A DNA stretch of 64,000 nt from positions 87,482,001 to 87,546,000 of the forward strand of contig OX597818.1 in assembly GCA_951406725.2 (NCBI GenBank), in the 5' to 3' direction. Made by a program: the position numbers and the translations under genes. Of this stretch, positions 56,296 through 64,000 are shown piece after piece (position 1 is the first letter of the stretch; every line of letters begins with the position of its first letter). The notes below the pieces were generated by a model. It made no database searches. It was given only the letters and a program-made list of their open reading frames with translations, and was not told where the DNA came from. This DNA is from Octopus vulgaris. Its lineage: Eukaryota.

Positions 56296-56676
56296 CTAGC
56301 TATACAGTTAGATGAACAGAAAAACAAATAGGTTGTCAGGCGAATAGATAGATAGATAAATAAATAGATAGATAGATAAATAGATAGATAGATTGATAGA
56401 TAGATGAATAAATAGATAGATAGATAAATAGATAGATAGATTGATAGATAGGTAAAAATTGATACATAAAAATATAGACGAACAAATTGATTGAGTGGAA
56501 GATAAACAGATAGTCAAACATAGGCAAATGATAGATAAACAGATATAGAGGTAGACAGACAGTCAAATAGATAAATAGATTGATAGATCGATAGATAATA
56601 GATAAATAGATAGACTGACAGATAGAGAGATAGTCAGATAGACTGATAAACTGTTAGACACAACAGCCAGCCAGAG

Positions 56677-56745
<69 letters not shown>

Positions 56746-56959
56746 TGTTAAGTAGATACACAGGTAGGTAGGTAGATCGGTTGGAATGTATTCCATATTT
56801 TAGAATCAGTAGTAAATTAAACGAATATCAAGAAACAATAGCATGAACAACAACACGGTCAACCTCAACATATAAAAATGTCGGTTACTGGTGGAGATAC
56901 TCTACTTATCTTTATGTGTGCTAAACTTCATAAATCTCGCCATACAAATACGATGTTTT

Positions 56960-58600
56960 ATACATATCTGTCACCACGTTCACCACTCTCACCCATTTCT
57001 CCACTCATAAGCTACCTCATTCATCAAGCATACCACTCATCAGTCACCATATTCATCCAGTGCTCAACTCATCTGTCACTACAGTTCACATTTCTCTGCA
57101 TTCCCCCATCTCCCCACTTATAAGTCCCCTCATTCATCCATCATTTCACTCATCTGTCACCACATTCAGTCTTCACTACACTCATCAATCACTTAGTGCA
57201 TCCACCACACTACTCATTTATCATCACAATCACTTATCTCTCCACTCATCTGTTACCACATTCACTATATCACCCATTACACTGCTCATCAGTCAGCACA
57301 TTCAGCCATCACTCCAGTCATCAGTCACCTCATTCATCTATTAATCCATTCATCAGTCACCATATTCGTTCTTCACACCACTGACCCCGTTACACCACTC
57401 ATCTGTAACTACATTCACAACATTCTCCCATCATTCCTCTCATCTATCACCACATTCAGCCATCATTCAACACAACAGTCACCTCATTCATCCATCACAC
57501 TTCCCACTCAACTCATCTGTTCCCACATGCACAACATCATACATTACTCCACTCATCAGTCACCACATTCATTCATTACACCACTCATTCCATAACCACT
57601 TGTCATCAGATTCTCTGTCATAACATTTACAATATTCATCCATCACAAGGCGACGCGCTGGCAGAAACGTTAGCACGCCGGGCGAAATGCTTAGCGGTAT
57701 TTCGTCTGCCGCTACGTCCTGAGTTCAAATTCCGCCGAGGTCGACTTTACCTTTCATCCTTTCGGGGTCGATTAAATAAGTACCAGTTACGCACTGGGGT
57801 CGATATACTCGACTTAATCCGTTTGTCTGTCCTCATTTGTCCTCTCTGTGTTTAGCTCCTTGTGGGCAGTAAAGAAATAGGTATTTCGTCTGCCGCTACG
57901 TTCTGAGTTCAAATCTCGCCGAGGTCGACTTTACCTTTCATCCTTTCGGGGTCAAATTAAGTATCAATTGTGTACTTGGGTCGATCTAATCGACTGGTCC
58001 TCCCCCCCGAAAATTTCGGGCCTTGTACCTATAGTAGAAAGGATTATTATTTCCATCACTCCACTCAGCTCTCACTATATTCACAACACTCTTTCGTCTC
58101 TCCGCTCATCTGTCATCACATTCATTCACCCCTTCACTCATCTGTCGCCACATTTTCCACATTAATCTATCACAACACTCATCTGCCAACATGCAGCCCC
58201 AACCCCGACATATATTTGTATTTTTTTTTTTACCACAATCACACAGCGAATTCGAAGAGCTATTAAAGCGTCGGACAAAATGTTCGTTTAGAGTTCAAAT
58301 CCCATTGGACTGTTTGCGTCACCTGCTTTAGTACCCCAGTTTGTTATTGGTGCTTTTAGCGGAGTCAAAACTGTTACATGTAAGCAGAACAGGTTTCTGG
58401 TTCAGGAATATCTTCTGTCCTCTTGTCTCGGAGTCATAAGGATTACTTTTATCATTGACTCAGTAATAAGCATTTGCTGTTTGACCGCCATTAGATGCAA
58501 TTACCACTACACTCAAGCATCATCACATTCATCTTTTATCACACTGGTGGATCATCATACTCTTCTCACCCTCATCCCCACGCTCATTTATCATCGTATG
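56960..58600 (+). repeat. Degenerate minisatellite of about 30 bp (cactcatctgtcaccacattca...) interrupted by a SINE B dimer (57648-58045)
   Basis: Recurrent ctcatc(t/a)gtcacc motif. Confidence 0.75.
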
Positions 58601-58619
58601 TAAACATTGCCCACCCCAT

Positions 58620-59209
58620 AGGTTCGTCATAGCTGCATTTTAGGCCCCCGATCGAACCAATACACTGGATCCCCGTAGTGTTTATTTATTTGCAGTAGGT
58701 CACACCATAGATAGATCAGAATTGAACCCCCACACCCTACAGGTTCCCGGTCAAATCAATGCATTGGTTCCTATAGTATTTCCTTATTGACAGCAAGCCA
58801 AAGTATACTTAGATCAGAATTAGGCTCCCAGACCCGTGAGATCCTTGGACAAATCTAAGCACTGGCTCCTATAGTATTTATTTATTGACCGTAAGCTGCA
58901 ACATACATAGCTCAGAACAGGGCCCCTAGATTTGTGGGCCCTAGGGCAAATCAATGTACTGAGGTCTGTAGTATTTATTGACAGCAAACCACAACTGACA
59001 TAGATCAGGAACAGGTCCCCAGATCCGTGATGGCTCCGGAAAATCAATGCATCGGCCCCTGTAGTATTTATTGCCAGCAAGCTACTACATAGATCAGATC
59101 TGGGCCCCTAGACTCGTGGGCCCCAGGGTGAATCAATGCACTGGGACCTGTAGTATTTATTGACAGCAAGCTATAACATACATAGATCAGAACTGGGCCC
59201 CTAGACTCA
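58620..59209 (+). repeat. Tandem array of six 90-99 bp units derived from a hAT MITE interior
   Basis: tagatcag at 58711, 58810, 58907, 59001, 59090 and 59183; homologous to the reverse complement of 18256-18682. Confidence 0.85.
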
Positions 59210-59725
59210 TTGGGCAAGTGTCTTCTTCTATAGCCTTGGACAACCAAAGCCTTGTGAGTGGATTTGGTAGACGGAAACTGAAAGAAGCCCGACGTATATA
59301 TATATATAAATATATACATACACCATCGCTTGAACCGAATTTGATGTTTGCATCCCCGTGACTTAACGGATCGACAAAACAGACCGATAGAATAAGCACC
59401 TGGATAACAAAGAATAAGTCCTGAGGTCGGTGTTTTTGACTAAAAGACGGTGGTCCAGCATGGCCGCAGTCAAATGACTGAAACAAATAGAAGAATTAAA
59501 AAATAGCCCTTAGGTAAGTATGTCCTGGGTATATCTTTAAACTGTATCCGGTAGTGAGGCTTTAGTTTAGGAGTTCCAGTGTTTTGAGAAGTCTTAGACC
59601 ACCTCTTAGCACTGTTGTTCCCAGGTGTTCTCTGTCTTGCAGTAGTAACACCGGCCAGGGTGTCAGCGATGGGTTAACTAGCATATGATCGACGAGACGC
59701 GTGTGTATATATACACACATATATG

Positions 59726-59764
<39 letters not shown>

Positions 59765-60031
59765 TTACATGCATGCACACACGTACACACACACACATGC
59801 ACACACACATACACACGTACACACATATGCACAAAAGAAAAAGGATTAAAGATTTGGGCGAATAATTTGTTAGCATTCAGTAGTGGTCAAACTTGGCTAA
59901 TCAAATTAATCAGCTAAGGCTATTATAATCCACGTGTCTCGTACATTTATATTCCGCTGCTTGTCCAGTTTGCAAATTCAAAGTACATACGCCGAAGGTC
60001 ACAGAGCATAGTAAAAAGAAAAACCGCAAAG

Positions 60032-60817
60032 ATGGAGAATTATACATTTTTAACCAGCTTATGCACGTTTTGGAAACATTTGTATTACATAATTCTGCAA
60101 TGTTTGATCGATCGACTAAGTTTTTTTTACACAGTTTTTTTTTTACACAGGAGAAATTTAAGACTAACATCTTATCAAAGCTATGGGTAGCAGCCTATAT
60201 TTAGAAGTAACACTGATTAAATTAAATCTCTTTGAGAACCAAATAATATATCTAATGAACAACTTTAGCTATATAACCCTACTTTATATATTTTAAGGGA
60301 TCAATATTAATATATCCTAGGCAGGTTTGCTGGTACATGTACCAATTTCATTACCCACAAGGGGATAAACACAGAGAGGACAAACAAGGACAGACAAACA
60401 GATTAATTCGATTATATCGACCCCAGTGCGTAAATGGTACTTATTTAATCAACCCCGAAAGGATGAAAGGCAAAGTCGGCCTCGGCGGAATTTGAACTCA
60501 GAACGTAACGGTAGACGAAATACGGCTACGCATTTCGCTCGGCGTGCTAACGTGTCTGCCAGCTGGCCGCCTTTGCTGGTACATGTACCTATCATTCGTA
60601 CTGATCAAATATTAAGTTTATTAACAATCTCACCTAAGCTGATCACCGTCCCAAGAAGCATGGTGAAACTTTCTATGGATATGTTAGTGCTAAATTTATC
60701 AATCTGTAAAATCTTAATATCTATCGATTAATTTGCATCATTATTGCATCGCAGAATTATGTAATATCAAGGTATCCGAAGCAAGTGTAAGCTGATTAAA
60801 AGTGTATAATTCTCCAT
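60032..60817. mobile_element. Old MITE (about 150-bp inverted arms) with SINE B inserted (60344-60571)
   Basis: atggagaattatac / gtataattctccat; exact 18-bp TSD tttgctggtacatgtacc (60326-60343, 60572-60589). Confidence 0.8.
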
Positions 60818-61246
60818 TATTTTGTCTCTCTCTCAATACATACATACATACATACATACATACATACATACATACATACATACATGCATACATACATACA
60901 TAGTGGCTGTCCCCTCGTTATCGAGTATGGCCATTGCACGAATCTTAATCAATGTTGTTATCGTGCAATGCCTGTGCAAGAAGATTTTTTTAAAGTGAGG
61001 AAAGGCTGTGCACTGAGTCAATCCCACTCACTAAGCAACAGCAGCCATAATCCGAGAAGAATAACAAGTCAACATCATCGGTAACCACTGAACAGCAGGT
61101 TTTATTTCGAGTTATCCCAGTTACCTGAGTTACCTTCTCCTAGAAGGATGCCCTAACAAAGGTTAGGAGCCCTTCACTCCCAATGGTTTAACAGCGCGAT
61201 CGGGTATTCAGTTCGATTATACATACATATATACATACATACATAA

Positions 61247-61294
<48 letters not shown>

Positions 61295-61319
61295 TCTTAC
61301 TCTTTACTCTTTTACTATT

Positions 61320-62345
61320 TTACTCGTTTCAGTCATTTGACTGCGGCCATGCTGGAGCACCGCCTTTTAGTCGAGCAAATCGACCCCGGGACTTATTCTT
61401 TGTAAGCCCAGTACTTATTCTATCGGTCTGTTTTGCCGAACAGCTAAGTGACGGGGACGTAAACATACCAGCATCAGTTGTCAAGCAATGCTAGAGGGAC
61501 AAACACAGACACACAAACATATACACACACATACATATATATACATATATACGACAGGCTTCTTTCGGTTTCCGTCTACCAAATACACTCACAAGGCATT
61601 AGTCGGCCCGAGGCTATAGCAGAAGACACTTGCCCAAGATGCCACGCAGTGGGACTGAACCCGGAACCATGTGGTTGGTAGGCAAGCTATTTACCACACA
61701 GCCACTCCTGTGAGTGCACGTCCACGTTTGATTATATGTGTGCATGTAGTTTACTATAAATGTGTCTAATAGCACATGTAACGATACGATTTGGACTCCA
61801 TAAGAAAATATAGCAAGAAAGGGGATTAATGGGAGTTTATTTGGCAAGTATTAGTCTTCTGGTGAAGACTATTATTATTGCTATTAACTATTATTATTGC
61901 TACCAAACTATTTGTAAAGAAATGAAATTTTGTATGGATACATCATTTTCCTTTTACATAATCATTTCTACAATAGGAAGAAGAGGAGGGGTCTAGTTGA
62001 TTTCAATGACCCCAGTAGTAACTGGTACTTATTCAATCGACCGCAAAAGCATGAAAGGCAAAGTCGACCTCGGCGAAATTTGAACTCAGAACGTAGCGGC
62101 AGACGAAATACCTATTTATTTACTACTCGCTAGGGGCTAAACACAGAGAGGACAAACAAGGACAGACAAACGGATTAAGTCGATTATATCGACCCCAGTG
62201 CGTAAATGGTACTTATTTAATCGACCCCGAAAGGATGAAAGGCAAAGTCGACCTCGGCGGAATTTGAACTCAGAACGTAACGGCAGACGAAATACGGCTA
62301 CGCATTTCGCCCGGCGTGCTAACGTTTCTGTCAGTTCACCGCCTT
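61320..62345 (-). mobile_element. SINE A (61320-61708) and SINE B dimer (61965-62345)
   Basis: Homology to other copies in the window. Confidence 0.9.
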
Positions 62346-62597
62346 ATTTTCCTCTTACATAATAAACAGATAGTTTGATTGGTACGGTCACAATAGACAG
62401 AGTGGTATATATAATATACACACACGCACACACATGCATGTATATGTTTACCAGTCTCAGTAATTGGAATCTGGCCATGCTGGGGCATCGCCTGAAGGGG
62501 TCAGTCGAATAAATCGATCCCAGTACTTGCTCTCAAAGACTGGTACACCAGCCCCAGTTGCTAAGCTGTGGCGGGGAGGAAAGACACAGACACAAAG

Positions 62598-62671
<74 letters not shown>

Positions 62672-62831
62672 GTACGTATACGACGGGCTTCTTTCAGATT
62701 GCGCCTACCGAATCCACTCACAAAAATTTGATTGATCCGGGACGATAATAGACGACGCTTGACGACACTTGAATGGAACTGAACCCCGAGCCATGCGGTT
62801 GGGAAGCAAATTTCGTAACACACAGCCATGT

Positions 62832-62876
<45 letters not shown>

Positions 62877-62886
62877 CACGCACATA

Positions 62887-63134
62887 TCTCTTATTATAAA
62901 AGGCAGATTTTATCTGCCTCCCTTTGGGAGTTATACAAATCTACAATATAGGATTTCTTCAATTACAATTTACCTAGCAGTTTTAAGAGTACAATGCATC
63001 GCGTCATGCCAGGTCCAGTTTTTAAAATTTAAACTCCAATTAAGCAAAATTTACAGAAAACTCACATTCTGGTGTGTGTGTCAAATGCTTTTCTTAGTCT
63101 GGTTTACACCACACGCAAACGCACACACACAGTG
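62887..63134 (+). mobile_element. Helitron-like 5' module
   Basis: A|TCtcttattataaaa start; identical by eye to 29730-29977 (-). Confidence 0.7.
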
Positions 63135-63595
63135 TGCTACGAATAAAGTGAAACTAATTCAGTGTGTTGACAGGTAGACAATAGAATGCGATGACGACTA
63201 TGACGCTGATAGATACATGAGTAAAATGTATGGGAAGCTAACACATAAGAGTGAGTGAAAATGTTCTTGGAAGAGAGTAAATAGCCAGAGATTAATAAAG
63301 TAAACATACACTCATACATACATACATACATACATACATACATACATACATACATACATACACACATACACACACACACATACATACATACACACACATA
63401 CATACACACATACATACATACATACATATACATACATACATACATATACATACATACATACACACACACACACATACACACACACACAGTATTGAAGCTT
63501 GAGAACAATCAGATACATCTGCAACACATCTGTTGAAAATATTATTGTTCACACACATACATATACATATATACATACAGAGAGACAGACAGATA

Positions 63596-63643
<48 letters not shown>

Positions 63644-64000
63644 ATCCAGCATGGCCACAACCTCAAGGCTGAAACGTATAAAACAATAACAGAATATAAA
63701 TGTGTGCATGTGTGTGAGAGAGAGTGTGTGTGTATATGTATGTATGTATGTATGTATATATATATATAATAATGCGGTTTTTTCAACAGCTTGAACTAAA
63801 TGTCAGAGGGGAATGGGATAAACTACTTATATTAACTTGTTATAAAAGCAGGTAGTAATTTTATCTTGTCCTTATTCATAGTGCAAGTTTTGAAGAGTGC
63901 ATTTCGATTTTAACAGCTATTTTTTTCAAAGCTATATTGGAAGTAACAAAGGAGCATATTTGGCATATTTTGCTTTATGAGTTCAATAAAGACAACAACG

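Noticed and set aside
58620-59209. CRISPR-like array
   Set aside because: Units are homologous throughout with no unique spacers, MITE-derived, in a eukaryotic context with no cas genes.

Overview
AT-rich, repeat-saturated animal DNA with no recognisable host protein-coding exon, so it is intergenic or part of a giant intron. The SINE families and microsatellite load match what I recall of Octopus genomes (recognition, not a search). Almost all ORF-track entries are microsatellite translations. Real content: a near full-length but disrupted Penelope-like element (Naiad-type RT + GIY-YIG, 21943-24100) and an older remnant of the same type; Tc1 (DD36E spacing), maT/mariner, hAT, Helitron, RTE, CR1/L2-type and R4/Dong remnants; dozens of tRNA-derived SINEs built from interchangeable heads and tails; and MITEs. 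The most striking signal is about 10 minimal type I hammerhead-ribozyme (HHR) motifs. Many sit at or near the turn of non-coding fold-back (inverted) elements embedded in (TA)n, two form a tandem retrozyme-like pair, and a CCGA core variant recurs. Several unique-sequence islands also appear densely base-paired, including two pre-miRNA-like hairpins. Coordinates were read by eye and folds were not computed.
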